A stretch of DNA of 63,495 nt, the filler included, from Sphacelaria rigidula (Eukaryota), in NCBI GenBank assembly GCA_964200075.2. It is 6 parts of 6 records of this genome, joined end to end, with 100 filler letters (N's around TTAATTAATTAA, not from the genome) between each part and the next. Parts side by side here need not be neighbours in the genome. Positions count along the whole stretch, not along the records: positions 10,602 to 21,102 come from CAXNAA020006384.1; positions 21,203 to 31,701 come from CAXNAA020006385.1; 4 more parts are not named here. The stretch is one strand, 5' to 3'. How positions within the stretch are numbered: position 1 is the first letter of the stretch; each line of letters begins with the position of its first letter. A program made the position numbers and the translations under genes. Below are positions 13,960 through 27,002 of this stretch, piece after piece. Below the pieces are notes generated by a model. The model was not told where the DNA came from and did not search any database. It saw nothing but the letters and a program-made list of their open reading frames with translations.

Positions 13960-14450
13960 CTATGAACCGCAGACCAACCTCGTAACGCACGGCACCGCCG
14001 CTAAATGTAGAAAAAAAATAAAAACAATGTACTGCATAATATATGACAATAACGATGGAGCGAAAAGAAAGAGAATTTGTCGGAATTCGAACTCGTGACC
14101 TCCATAACTGGAGTCTGCTGTGTCACTTGGATCAAAGGGGCGCAGCGGTGTCAAACAAAAAGTGCCCAGCTGCGTCCTATTCGAGATATTTTCGGCCGAA
14201 ATTCTACCAGGATCTCCTGCACGCAAGTGCCCACAAGGTGTGAGAAGGTGCCGCCGCATGTCTTAATTTTCACGGAGTTATAGCATTTTCCCTGTTTTTG
14301 CTGAAACTTTAAATAGCTCTAAATTTCTGGGGGGGGGGGTTGGCATCTGTTCACAAATTGCGCGTGTTCATGATAAAAGTGCCGTGTCGAAATTCCAGCG
14401 CCTAGCTCTTCGAATCACCAGCCGCCTGGCCCGGAAACATTCAAAAAGTA
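13960..14450. mobile_element. Dispersed non-autonomous repeat (family C; second copy ~29395-29860)
   Basis: Shared CACGGCACCGCCGCT(A/G)AATG, ATTCGAACTC..TACCTCCATA..TGGAGTCT and AAATT(C/T)CAGCG.C blocks between the two copies. Confidence 0.65.
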
Positions 14451-14571
14451 CTGTCAGCTGGCCCAGCTCATAACAGTTGGTCTTCTTGTTGCTGAACAGT
14501 CTTCATATATACACTGTTCGGTAATTACACACGATTTTCCGATTTTCTCCAGGTGTGTCTCCCCCCCCATT

Positions 14572-14972
14572 GATATATGGTGAGATCCTTCAATGTGTGC
14601 ATGAGTGGACACGCGCTCCATTGTGTCCTGATGAGTGCTTGACCGGCATGTCATCGTTATTGAAGTAAAATGGGTGGAAGCTCATGTGGCCAAACGATGG
14701 GGGCATGGGGTATACTCCTCCAGGAGAAAGAGGAGTACACCCCATGCCCCCATCGTTTGGCCACATGAGCTTCCACCCATATTACTCAGAGCTCAATAAC
14801 AATGGCATCCCAGTCTGAGAGGAGTACACCCTCTCCCCCCATCGTTTGGCCACATGACCTTCCACCCATATTACTCAGAGCTCAACAACAATGACATGCC
14901 GGTCAAGCATTCACTAGGACACAGTGGAGCACGCGTCCACTCATACACACAATGGAGGATTTCACGATATAT
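14572..14972. repeat. Intronic foldback: 57-bp near-perfect stem (14664-14720 / 14730-14786) plus longer outer inverted arm
   Basis: AGTAAAATGGGTGGAAGCTCATGTGGCCAAACGATGGGGGCATGGGGTATACTCCTC pairs with GAGGAGTACACCCCATGCCCCCATCGTTTGGCCACATGAGCTTCCACCCATATTACT across a 9-nt loop; a second right-arm copy at 14819-14972 pairs with 14572-14720. Confidence 0.85.
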
Positions 14973-15093
14973 CTCAAGCCTTCCAGACCTTACACCGTTA
15001 CCATGCTCGTTCGACAGCGCAAATGTTTGCCTGACATTACTACCGTGTTTCGTATTTGGCAAGTATCTCACGTCGCGTTTACTCTGCTCTCAC

Positions 15094-15148
15094 CTCCAGC
15101 ACTCTGGGTGAGGATGACGCACATGTTCACAGTGGTCGGTAGCGTCAT
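15094..15148 (-). CDS. SLC10A7/BASS4-like symporter, exon b (55 bp)
   Basis: GCAG|ATG...GGA G|GTGAGA; encodes MTLPTTVNMCVILTQSAG(G), the conserved LPTT....V.LT...GGN motif; phases fit both neighbouring exons. Confidence 0.9.
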
Positions 15149-16319
15149 CTGCGGCACAAAAAAACATACACACAGGGAAGCATTCCGGGGAAGAAATGTT
15201 GTGTTTAGCCGCGGGCGACGTAGCATGGTGGTCAGCAAGAAACAAAGGAGGTAAGAGCCGCCGGGGAGGAAACCACGTACATCTGGTCAGTCTTTAGTCG
15301 TGCAGTTGCACACATACATAGAAGATATCTGGAGATGCAACCAAGTTTAGCAAGCCCTACGAGTACAGACTCGAAAAGGCCAGCTACCACGTGCGCACGA
15401 CATTAACAAAGCACAACCAGCACAGCAGAAAATCTAATGACGCGAAGGATTCCTCGCACGAGCATCACAGCGTAAACCGGATACGTGCGCAGCCAGGAAG
15501 GGACCAAGGCCGTGAACGTTAGGACTTCAGGTAAGCATCATTCAGGCGTCGTATTGTAACAACTCTCCGAGTTGGCAACAGCGATCACAACGGCCAACGA
15601 GGACCCTTGAGCTCTCCGTTTATGGTGGTTTTGCGTTTCGTTTGGATTCTCGTTTGTTATTGAAGGGAGCAATGCCACTACCCCTGCGGTGGAAGAAGGC
15701 CGCTTACTTTTCTTGGAGCCAGCGAGAAGGAACAATCGCCTCGCACTGAGAACAAGGCAGGCGTCAACATGCCCCGGATAGCATATGCGTCAACATTAAA
15801 TATGATTCCTGAACAACTAAACCTATACGTGTCCTGCTCGTACGCTACAGAAAGACGAAGGAAAATAATAACTCTCAACATCGGGGCACTGGAGTAAAGT
15901 GGAAGATCCCATAATATTCCTCAACCCCATATCTGAGGCTTCCCGCTTTTGTACCCCAAAGCTCCCATGGCAGTCCAACTCGACATACGGTACGCAGCGA
16001 CCGACCGGCATACGTTCAAGATATGTGACGTGGCGAAGCCTTGAGAGCACTTCAGAACACTTTCTGATATCTTCGACACTGTAATAGCCCGCCCACGTAA
16101 AATTGACAACCAGGTACGGTTTGAGGTCTCTCCGTACTGCTGCGCCACGGTAGTACGGCGTGATAATACAGCCCAAAACATGTTACACTGCGCGGATCGA
16201 GCACTTTCCACCCGTCTAGACTTACATGCGCATGCGTACGCTGTGTATCTTTTCAACGACAAAGGACAATAAATCTATTCCGTCAACCTTCCAGTGGCAC
16301 CACAGATACCAGGTAACCT

Positions 16320-16640
16320 TTTTCATTTTATTTTACTTTATTTTTATTTATTCGTCGAACTTTGAACTCCTCCCCTTCTTCGGGATGAATCCCCGGTCTC
16401 AAGGGATCAGCCATCTCTCCCACGGTACACGCCTTACATTTTGGTCTCGCGGATTGGGTCAGCACTCCCTCATCGCGTCAATTCACGTCACACAAACCCA
16501 GTCGACTACTTCATGTACTCGCGTTCTCACGATTTCCACGGTGGAAATCATATATTACGAAGAAAAAACCCAACGCATCGGGAATCGAACCCTCGCTCTC
16601 TCCACTCTAATGGCGACAGTCGGACCAGTACACCGCCGGG
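16320..16640 (-). mobile_element. tRNA-derived SINE, family B
   Basis: Minus strand starts CCCGGCGGTGTACTGGT (A-box-like), has GGTTCGATTCC (B-box), a body shared with other copies and an A-rich tail. Confidence 0.7.
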
Positions 16641-16705
16641 TCGCAGCGGCAACCTGCACGTGAATATTTTCTATCAACCGTAGGTAATGCGGATCGGGGC
16701 CTCAC

Positions 16706-16933
16706 CAATATCGCCACGCCGTCTGATAGGTAAGGATGCAAGCCACTGGCCAGGAGGAGGCGCGACAGCACCCAACCCATGGCGGGCATTGCCCCTAGAG
16801 AGAAGATCTGGACCAGGAGGTTCAGGCGCACATTCAAGGCCGCGCCGGCGAGCTCGCCCAAGCGGATGGTCAGTCCCACCAGGAAGAATATCGCCGATAC
16901 GGCTGCCGTGTAAGAAGCAAGTTGATACTGTTT
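16706..16933 (-). CDS. SLC10A7/BASS4-like sodium:bile acid/metabolite symporter (SBF-like), exon a
   Basis: Translates ..LASYTAAVSAIFFLVGLTIRLGELAGAALNVRLNLLVQIFSLGAMPAMG..LSDGVAIL; donor TTG|GTGAGG at 16706. Acceptor is ambiguous (exon start 16933 or 16927). Upstream exons not identified. Confidence 0.8.
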
Positions 16934-17741
16934 CTGTTGGAGACGATCGCAATTTACTGATACTTGGGACGTGGTTAATGATCGGGCTATTTGTTTATCG
17001 AGGATTTAATGCATCTTTTTTCGCAGAACATTGGCATCCACCTGTGCTGGCCAAGGCCGCTTCCTATTTGCCTGAAAGCAGTCACAGAAAAAAGTCGTTT
17101 TGATCAGTTTCCACAGACTGTTTTTTAGAATGCGACCTTATGGGACCAGTTCTCATGAAAAAATTATCTGAAACTGCGAAGTTTTCGAAATCTGTCGGGA
17201 AAAAACGGCTAGTTTTCCTTGAGATCAAACTGTCTGAAAAGTGGCGCTACATCATACACTCCTCGCACACCGCACCCGCAAGGATATAGTCAACGCTCCA
17301 GCACACACTCCTTGCTATGCATGTTGTACATACTACTGTATGTACGGTACGGTAGCAGTAGCATAGCTGCTGCGGCATTTCGTGCAATCTCTTGATGACC
17401 GTAGGACCAGGAACAACCAGTACAGATGCATTTTCGTCGGCATCGTTACTACTCTCTACTAGCACGGTATCGCCCCTACTTACTGTATTGACTACTCGTA
17501 TCGTTTCATATCCGTCGTGCCCGCCACCGACTCTAAATTATGAAGTGCTCTGTGTACCGAGGCTGTTGCTCTTGTACTACTGACTGCCACGTGATTTTTT
17601 TCAGTGCGGTATGGCACAAACGGTGCTGCTGCACCCTGCATCGCTCAGTTGTTGCTACCCTACTACTGTGTCAAGCGGCGGTCGTCTGAAGAAAGGGTTG
17701 ATACGCCTGTCGTTTCGACCGCTATTATACCAGTAGAAGTC

Positions 17742-17744
<3 letters not shown>

Positions 17745-17772
<28 letters not shown>

Positions 17773-17812
17773 TATGTGTGTTTGTGTTTGTGTTTGTGTT
17801 TGTGTTTGTGTT
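17745..17812. repeat. Compound microsatellite (CTG)n-(GTGTTT)n
   Basis: Seen directly. Confidence 0.9.
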
Positions 17813-18877
17813 GTCCCACTCATTCTGTACCTGCGCCAGATTGCGTGTTAGCCTGCCGCAAGTGGCACATGCATAAAATGTAAATGATGACCGCTACCAC
17901 CCCGTGCACGCAGGCTAGATGATGGCCTTGGGTGTACAAACCCCCGGGATATTTTCATGAACTATGAGGTGGGGTTTGACAAAGGGCTTCTCTGAAAAGA
18001 AGTCACTGAGAAAAGTCGTGAACTTTTTCTTCGTGATTTGTTCAGACTGTAAGAAGCGGGCTAACATCGATACGATCGACCGAAGGTGGGAGAATTTAAT
18101 AACATATGCTTGAACTGCACGATGTGTTTTGTCATCCCGTAAAAATTACCACACAGGGTGCACGGTGGATATGAGGCGTGGGTCCCAGGTATACAGGATT
18201 TGCCCAATAAAATGAAATCTAACGAGTTCGCCATTCCAGCGCCTATTTATTGACGGTGCCAGCATTATTTCCGAGGCATCGCGTGACAGTGCCCAGCCCT
18301 GAACATCATTGGGTTCCTACGCTGTATCGTATGACATCATCCTCCACAAAAAGTAGCCCGGCCTTCACCGTGATCGTAACAGCTAGGCTAGACGGCATCG
18401 CCCGGTTGGGGGGGGGGAAGGGGGGGGGTACGCGGGAAAGGGGGGCATCCGTGTCAACCATGGATTTTACCGTACAAGCCGCACTGCGACTTCATCGACC
18501 CGTTTCCCCATGAAACGATGCCTCGGATCCTTATTCTTTTCGCTATCCTCTCACCTATCAACCCGTTGTCCGATCAAAAGGGAAACGGGACGACACGAGA
18601 GCTTTCAGATTTTTTTTTTTTTTCCTTGATGGAAGGAGGAAACCCAACCCAACACTTACCTCGCTGGCAACCGAAACGATCGCGAGCGAGTTCGTGTGCC
18701 GATTACCCGAAGGCTCGGCTAGACCACCTTTCGGCGATCATGTGGGGAAGATCTTTCAGATGTGCTACAATTTGTGCGTACAGGAAGTAAACACACGACA
18801 ACCCATCTGCGAGTGAGATCAAGGTCGATGGAGAAGGTAGGAAAAGGCCGCATCAGCCATCACTGCATTATAATATT

Positions 18878-19171
18878 GGTTTTGGTTTCGTCAAACTGTC
18901 AAGCCCCCCTCTTCCTCGGGACGAGTCCGCAGTTCGGAGGGATCAACCCACCTCTCCCCGGTCCCTGCCTGACACTTTATACCCGAGAGTCGGGATAGTA
19001 CGCCCGCACCCGGTCGACCCTCGTCGTTTTTGTTTCTACTCACGTCTTCGCGCTCCTAACGGCGGAAGCCAGATTCTGCTCAGAAAAATCACATCCGTCG
19101 GGATTCCAACCGGTAAACTTCCTCCCTATTTTTCGCCAGGAATATATCAGATTAATTTAAACCACCGGGGC
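18878..19171 (-). mobile_element. SINE family B-related copy
   Basis: Same 3' core (CTTCCTCGGGACGAGTCCG..AGGGATCAACC) and a decayed head (CCCCGGTGGTTTAAA..GGTTGGAATCC on minus strand). Confidence 0.55.
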
Positions 19172-21102
19172 TTCGGTGGATATTCAAAGTTGCTCCCGAA
19201 ATATCCCCCCCCCTGTCACTCTGTACTGCACTAAATTGTACGATACTGACTCTTATATCGAAGAGATCAAATCGGTGCGAACTAGAGCACTACCAATGCA
19301 CAATCTGGCCACGATGACCACTGTATCCTCTTCCTCGAGGATTCTCGATCTACCCTGGGTTGGGGTCAGGGTTAGGGTGAAATGCGGACGAGCCGAACAT
19401 GATGTCGATGGATTCATTGAGTGAATCGGCGCATGTACCCAGAAAACAATTTGCGTACGCAGTCGACACAATAAATAAGTCGGTATTTTCATACAACTCC
19501 TACCCATGCCCTTTCCACTTTTATACACAGAAGACGGTCACGAGGCAAGCGCACGTAGGCACGCATCGCAACTCAGGGTCGTTCCCGCACCGCGATCCAG
19601 GGTCACTCCTATTTCACCAGGAAATTGCTGATTGGCTTGCGAAGCCTTGTACTATTATTCTCTTTACCGTTAGGTGTATGTGTCACAGGACCGCAATATT
19701 AGGTTGTACACTTCCGGGTGGAGACGATGGGAAACATAGATGCGTACACTATTTCGGCACGCTGCCGCCAGAGTTTTGAAAGGTACCTCACGCCTCCGGC
19801 GCGAGATTCGGCCCATCACGTACACCGTCGCATACTCTTTGTTCTCGCTCAAGAAGGTTCGATCGTCTACAGTGCCGTAATGGCCCAGGTAGATGAAGGT
19901 GGAGGAGACGAGAGTTTTCTCTGCGATTTCCTCACGGCAATTACGAAAGTCTGTACGTGGTTAGCTGTGTTACAAAACAAGGTACTCACACACGGACACA
20001 CAAGCGCGTCCTGATATGTGGGTACGTGCGAAAAGCAGATATTTTTCTAGGAGCAAGCGGCGAAATTGGCCGCACTGGTAAACTCGTTTGACTGCTCAGA
20101 CCCAGCTGCTCAGAGGGGAGCTCTTCGCGTTCAGAGTTGGGGGAGGAGCACTGAGCTCGGCGGTGGCTTTCGTGGTCCTTCTGTCTATACCGTATAGTAT
20201 AGAGCCATACCCCAAATGCAGAGGCTAGACTTCCGCCGCCACACATGCATACCCCGGAATCTGAGTAGATGCGAAACGCAGAACGGTTGCGAGGATGAGT
20301 TTGCGGGGTGGTAACCGCGGCGGTGAGCTCTCTTGACTGTATATTACCGCCGAAAAGGAGTTCGTGGCGTTCAGAGTCGAGAGAGGGAAACTGAATTCAG
20401 CGCCGGCCTTCTTTGCTGTTTTAAACTATACCGCAAGATTGAGGTGTGGCGTGACGTGCTTACTATTATCCCGTTTCATAATGTAAGTTTCGGCAGGGTG
20501 TAGCTGGAGGGCCACCCGTTGCTTTGCGGTCTCACCGTACGCTATTCCACGCCAAACAATAGTTGCAATAGGCCTATACTTTACGCAGCATATTTCTTGT
20601 ATATTGCAACTTTTGGCCATATATTGTCCGGGGTGTGCACTATTCCGAAATGCACGAGTCTGCGTTACAGGGTTCTACGAGGGGATTCAACATTCCTCAA
20701 TCCCTAAACCTAGCCCTACATACAGGGGGCTTATCTTGCATCAATTCAATAACCGAAAATCAAAGTCGAAAAGTACTTATGTGATTGGCCCGCCGCGCTG
20801 AACCGTGACCAAGCTGCTTCGATTTTCTGAGCCCTAGGGAGATCCCAATACGTGACTGAAATCAACAACTTGAATGCTGTTGTACAGTGCTTACCGAAAA
20901 GCGGCGTAACGAAGACCGAAGAGGAACAAAATTACAGATATCGACCGGTGGTTGAGGTCTGGGAACGTATACATTCTGTAATACTTCGCGTTTTGTATTG
21001 ATTAACCCTTAGACAGCGAGCGTCGCTTCGGAACAGTTTCACAGGCTGACAGTCCGGAGACATTCGGGGCTTGCCAGGGGCCGGGGGGGGGTAGTTTTTG
21101 AC

Positions 21103-21202
21103 NNNNNNNNNNNNNNNNNNNNNNNNNNNNNNNNNNNNNNNNNNNNTTAATTAATTAANNNNNNNNNNNNNNNNNNNNNNNNNNNNNNNNNNNNNNNNNN
21201 NN
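21103..21202. other. Artificial contig linker
   Basis: N44-TTAATTAATTAA-N44. Confidence 0.97.
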
Positions 21203-24200
21203 TCGGGTACACCCGCTCGTTCCGTGGCGTACCTGCACATCGCTCCTGAAAAGTAGAGCTTGAAGATACCTTAAGTGCAGGTGCTTCCGCGAGACGAAAA
21301 AAACATGATAACCGCACATCACCCACCCCCCGCCTCTCTAACAACCCACCTGCATCACATCTCACTGTCGTTCCCTTAAGGTGGAAGATCACAGCAATCG
21401 GATGCAAATGCAGAGGAGGTCGCGGAGGTGAGTAGGAACCAGCCTTGCTCCGGTTGCTGGATGCACACTCGCTGGAGCGGGCTTGCACAGTCTTGAACTG
21501 TGATTTGGACTTATTGTAATTATTGCCTTCCGAGTCGGCCTCCTTCAGACATTCGGTATTTCGTTTGAGACGACAAACGTGGGTTGTGAAAACAACCGAC
21601 TTCGCCCCTCTTGAGCGGTACAGTAGGATCTGCCTGTACTGTATCGAGTCGCTGGTGAGGCCGCTCCGTTTAACAGACAAGAATAAAACCCCGAAAAAGT
21701 TGCTCACCTCCCACAGATAGGGGTAACTCAAAGTGAAATAAGGTATTTTCGCAGCAATCGGGATTATGGCCGAGCATTTGAAATCACCGCTGGGCGAAAA
21801 TCGAGGACCCACATGAAATTAGGGCGAGGACTACCGAATGGGGGCATGCGTGGTATGACTGTGCTGTAGCACAGACACACTCATAGTCTGCCTTGTGCGT
21901 TGTAGGTGTTGCTACGCTGTGGCATCTTCAGGCCTTTGTGGAGACGGGTTGATTTCCGGTGGGAGTGCCTGATTTGCTCAAACTATTGTTGGCACGCAGT
22001 GCTCTTTACACACAGTTGATACTTTCATGGGGTGTTCTCGAGTCAAAGGAGTGAGGCACTCCCAAAATCCATCACCTTCCCCCTCAGATGGCGTTCGTGA
22101 AATATCTCCGGAGGGATTCGAAAAGTCCGGTGGGCTTTGCGGGGTTCGTAAAATATCTGCCTCTGCTCCTTGCACCCTCTATCCCTATGACCTCAGGAAT
22201 GGGAACAATCCGAGAGAGCTTTTCACCTTCAGTTTTTCATCTTTTTTCGTGTTCTTTGGGGAGAAACGAACGTTGCCCGTAGGCCTTATCTCGATGTTTT
22301 GGCTCAATTTTTATAATTATGATTTAAAACTTGGCACCGAGAACCACGAGAGTGTGGCGAAAAAAAAAACGAGTGGACCTTTATTTTCCAAGTTTTTTTC
22401 GTAGAGGTTAGGTTGTTCTCGCAAAGAAATGGTCTGGACCATACTAGAACGCTCTAAACCTATGAAAGAAATATTACAAAATTGGCCGAGTTTGGCCAAA
22501 CTGGCGGGGGTAGGCAGGTACAGATTTTGACGCGCAAATTTTTGTTCCGCGGCCAAATTCGAACCTCGGAGCCAAGCGAATCTGAAAATCAGACTAGGCT
22601 CCTCTCTGTGGGGTGATGCAAAGTGTCCGAGACGTGTGTTGGCGGTTTTGTCGGCTTGAGGGTCAAAAGGTTGGTCAAACGTCATGAAAGTGAACAATCT
22701 GTTGGCCAAAACTCTGTTTGCCATAACATCCAGCCTGAACAAAACAAACAGCAGGTTTTCGCTGGAGTGGAGCACCCGTTTTTCGAATGAAATTTTTGTC
22801 GATTCAACAGATTAATGCCCGTGAAAGGGCAACGGGTTAACACCCTGTTTTTTGTTCCGAAAAATCACAACCAGAGCACAGCATACCGGACGCGTTGTGT
22901 GAGGGCTTTTGGGTCAGCTCAGATCGCGCTGCACTTTCGCCCGTGAACAAAACAAATCTTGGTCTTGGTTTTTAGCAAGGATTCACACCACTGTACAGAT
23001 CTATGTGTCAACCAGTCTGCAGGCACAATATTGCAGGCAGGTGCTACTAGGGCCTTGGATTTGAAACCTGGCACGATACTCAAGTCTGACCGTCGGGGAT
23101 CGTGCTACGAGTAGGGGTCAATCCCCCAGTTGTGCACCGATCCTGAGCGATCGTTTATGATGTGAAAATAAACGGTCGAATGCACAGGCACGCCCCTGAG
23201 TTGTATCATCAGTTGAACCTACGGCAGAAACTAGGGTTATGAATGAACCCAATGTGATTGTAAGAGTACAGAGCACCCAGTAGAGAAAGTAACCGCTAGT
23301 TCGAGATACAGAGCAAAGTAGTTCTCGATACCCATCTGGACGGGGGCATCAAACACCATCTGCTGCTCTTCTTTCATCTTGCTGTCTTTGACTCTGATCA
23401 ATGATTCCGAACCCTATTCAACGTCAGCTTAGAGTTAGTGTACTTGGTGTGTTTGGGAATGAGTGCTGACTATATATATATATAAACAGAGAATAGTATG
23501 GGCGGACCCCCCCCCTCAGGAGGTCGAAAATGAAAGAAATAGGGGTGGGGGTCCAGGAATGTTTTTTGTCCTCTCTTGGTACCGACGTCATTTATTTCAT
23601 GCCCTCTTCATTGTAAATACTACATTTTAGGGCCCAACTCCAAATATTGACGGGAGCATGGACCTGCAAACTTCAAATCCGCCTCCAGGCTGGCCGAGCT
23701 CGTAAGAAGCGGCCTGAGTGGCGTGCTAGAGGAGGTCGGAAGATATCGTGACACGGTCAACCGTAAACGTTGCGGGATATATGACCCAACCGCCGACACT
23801 ACCGCTGTACGAGCTGGGCCAGCCTGAAAACAGATTTGAGCTCTCGAAGCAATATCTCGACACAGACGAGTTGGGCCGTGATCCGCATATCGTATCAATC
23901 GTGTAGTCAAGGGCAAGGTGCCCGTCTGCTCACACGTTTGGACCCATATTTTCTCGTTGATCAAACCCCATGTCAGGTGATTCCTGTACCTAAGGGGGAT
24001 AGCGCTAATACTAAAATCTCTATGACACTCCCGATCGGTGCATTTAGCGGATGGCAATGCATTTTTGGTGTGGAGGACCACAAAAGAGTGCCGAATAAAG
24101 AACAAAATGGGCCTTTATTAAAACAAAATCGTGGAGGTCAAGGCGTTCTCGTGAAGAAATGGTCTTCACCACAATAGAACGCCCTAATCCAGTGGAAAAA

Positions 24201-24329
24201 AATGAAAAAACCGAATACTTGCTCGAAGTATCGCGATCCTTGGTCCGCGTGTTTGGCCGACGTGCAGGTACTGGATCGGATTTGACCACCCGCGACTTAT
24301 ATCTGATGTGCCAGATGTAGCTTACACCA

Positions 24330-26038
24330 ATGACCCCGACCGCGCGTGTGCTCATGTGTCACCTTTGCCGGCAGTATGATATCAGCGGCGAGGTGTACGT
24401 GGGGCCGACACTACTCCCATCCGCGCTGCCCGCGGACACTACGCCGCGAGGATTGCTGGTTCGGGGTCCAGGGGACACGACCGAAAAGATCATGACGGGT
24501 GCTTCACAGACTTTCGGCTACAAGCTGGAGGTGAGAACAGCGCTGCATGGGGGGGCGATAAAGACACTGTGACCCCGTAGTCCTCTCTTCCCTCGCCTTT
24601 TACCGCTGTTTGCGTCCTGATATGTACGCGACTGTCTCACGATTTGAAGATTGTGTCGGGGGTGCACGAGGAAAAAAACGCACACCTATGAATCCCTCCC
24701 CGCCCTACCCGAACGGGACGGCACGGGACGTGCTAGAGGGGGGAATCCGGGACGTGAACGAAGGCGGTATGCAATCGTTTGATGCATTGAGCAGTAGGGA
24801 GAAGACGATATCTACACGAGAAGATGGATGGTGGCCAGAGACGGCGAAACAGAATGGGGATAAGATATGTCAAATGTTCTTGTGTAATGTATGGAAAAAA
24901 CGTAGTGAGCTGCTGAAGGAACGTCATGAGCGCCAGAATGTTGGAGATGTCTCTATTAGGAGTAGGAACGGTGCTCCGTCTCGAAAAAGATGCGTGGTCA
25001 ATGGTCAAACGACTAAGGCAAGCAACAAACGAGTACGCCTCCCCCCCCTACCCCCCTGAAAGGTCCAAACAAAAAATGGGACATAATTGCGCGTTTTTGT
25101 TTTTTCGTGCACCGTTGGAGATGTAGTCTTTTTTACTGCGTGGTATCGAGTTTTTTTCCCTCCCGCTTTACCGCACTTCGTGAAAAAACAGTTTTTTTCG
25201 GGTCCGTTTATGGGCGCGTCCACATCGCGATGCCCGGGGGACATGTGGTTCCGGGAACAACTACACATCGTGGTTTTGAGACCCCTGTCTGAGCGCTGAT
25301 TCCAACCACCGCCCCTCCTCCGTATCCCGAACTGACTTTCTCATGTTCGTTGCCGCCGGCTGTCTCTACCTTGTCCACCGTTGATTTCGGTCGCAGCGTT
25401 CGACGTTCAATCAAATGAACGAGCCGTTCCTCATCACGAAGCCCGGCCAGCAGAAGATCGTATACCCTGAAATTCCCTTGTGGGGAAAGTACAGGGTATA
25501 CAACACGCCTAGAGAGGCTGTGGATTCGATACCTCAAGAAATCCTTTATCAGCAATGTACTCGCATGGTCTTGGTCGCATCCAACAGACAACTCAGGCGC
25601 CCTGTAGAACCCGACAGGGAAGCCTGCCAGCCGGAAGCGGCCCTGTATTTGGAGGTCTCAGACACGTGCCCATTCTACCATTTGGAATGGGATACGGGCG
25701 GGGAGGGGGTTGTGATGGGGATCAGGTCGAAAATACCGCACAATGGCCCCAGAGGCTCGTACATTACCGCTGCGATAGGCGGCGCAGATGGTACGCAGCA
25801 TGTTGTAATAGCCAGTGTGCAAGAGAGTCGAGAGAGGAAAGGGAGGCTCACCGCGAAGCAGCCTATTGCGGTCACTCCCGGGGATCTGGTCGTAGGTGGG
25901 CCGGGATTCGAGCAAAGGTGGCTGAGGGCCAGACGCGACACGGATCGAGAGGGGTTGGAGGACGAGGTAGCCCCCGATGATGACCATGATTGTGATACTG
26001 GAAGTGATGGCGATGGTGATGTTTGCAATAGCAACTAG
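24330..26038 (+). pseudogene. Spliced gene or pseudogene of unknown function (exon ending 24530; terminal exon 25397-26038)
   Basis: Donor GAG|GTGAGA at 24530 and acceptor TCGCAG|CGT at 25396 are both phase 0 and join ORFs 24330 and 25415; acidic C-terminus. Upstream coding-like sequence (from ~23630) has an in-frame TAG at 24318-24320 and frame breaks. No family recognised. Confidence 0.45.
24715..25057 (+). mobile_element. 5'-truncated LINE-like element, 3' end
   Basis: Encodes RDVLEGGIRDVNEGGMQSFDAL..WWPETAKQ..FLCNVWKKR, resembling an ORF2 C-terminus (W..R motif); ends in a C-rich tail; second copy at 1-76; lies within a predicted intron. Confidence 0.6.
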
Positions 26039-27002
26039 TGATGACACTGGAGTCTCGAGTTGCAGTGGCGCAGTTGGAGAGTGAAAGCAATAGGTTCACA
26101 TACAGGTCGGGATGCGGGCGCGAACGTACAGTTCAGGGCGGGGTCGAGATGCTGTCATGTAGCATGATGCGGTGTTGTGATGGTGTGTATGCCGGGACCG
26201 TACGAAGCGATCTTGGGGTGGATGCCCACGATCTCTCTTTCGACAGAGACATTGCCGCCTCATATATGCTCGAACCGGATTGGAAAGCTCGACGGGTATT
26301 TGCAGTACGGTTGAGTCGTGCAGTAAATTATTCACGTTGTGCATCGGCCGTCAATTCTTCAGGACAGGGGACGCCCAATCATCCGCTCGGCTCATCACTG
26401 CGTTGGCAGTGATATCCCCCCACCACGTCACTGACAGCACCTTACTGACCTTACTGACAGCAACTTGACGCCCGAGATTTTTGTCTGGACACGAGCCTCG
26501 AGACGAACAATAGTGAAAACATCGTCGACTACCAAACAAACGTTGTTATGCTCCGTCGCCCGCAGCTAACCACGCATGGGCGACATGTGCAACCACGGAC
26601 GCATTTCCTACTCCTCCCATAAATTGGACATCAGCAGCGTCGTGCGGTACTCCTGAGGGGTTGTTGTCACACAACGGCTAGGGTCTTCAAAGCTCATTTC
26701 ATTGATGAACCTCACTTTATAGAATCCCCTGTTAAACCCCAAGAACTATCCCCGGCCCTGAATCTAACCCCCTCTTTATTCAACGATCCATGTCGCATCC
26801 CCCGATACTAAAACCAGCATAATAGTGAACCCACGCTAAAACCAAGATACTTGGGGGGCAAGCCAACCAACAGTAGGCCCCCCTTTACTCAGGGCAAAGG
26901 TCCATAATGAACATATTTTGACTTCATTTTAGTATGGACAACTCACTTTTTTTCAAATTTGTTTCTTGCATCAGCTTCGTTGACATTTCAACTTTCCAGA
27001 GA

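Noticed and set aside
21147-21812. 221-aa ORF
   Set aside because: Runs into the N linker and has no recognisable motif.
22815-22840. piggyBac terminus (GGG-TTAA; similar at ~21002, ~47190, ~47321)
   Set aside because: No matching partner end or transposase could be shown.
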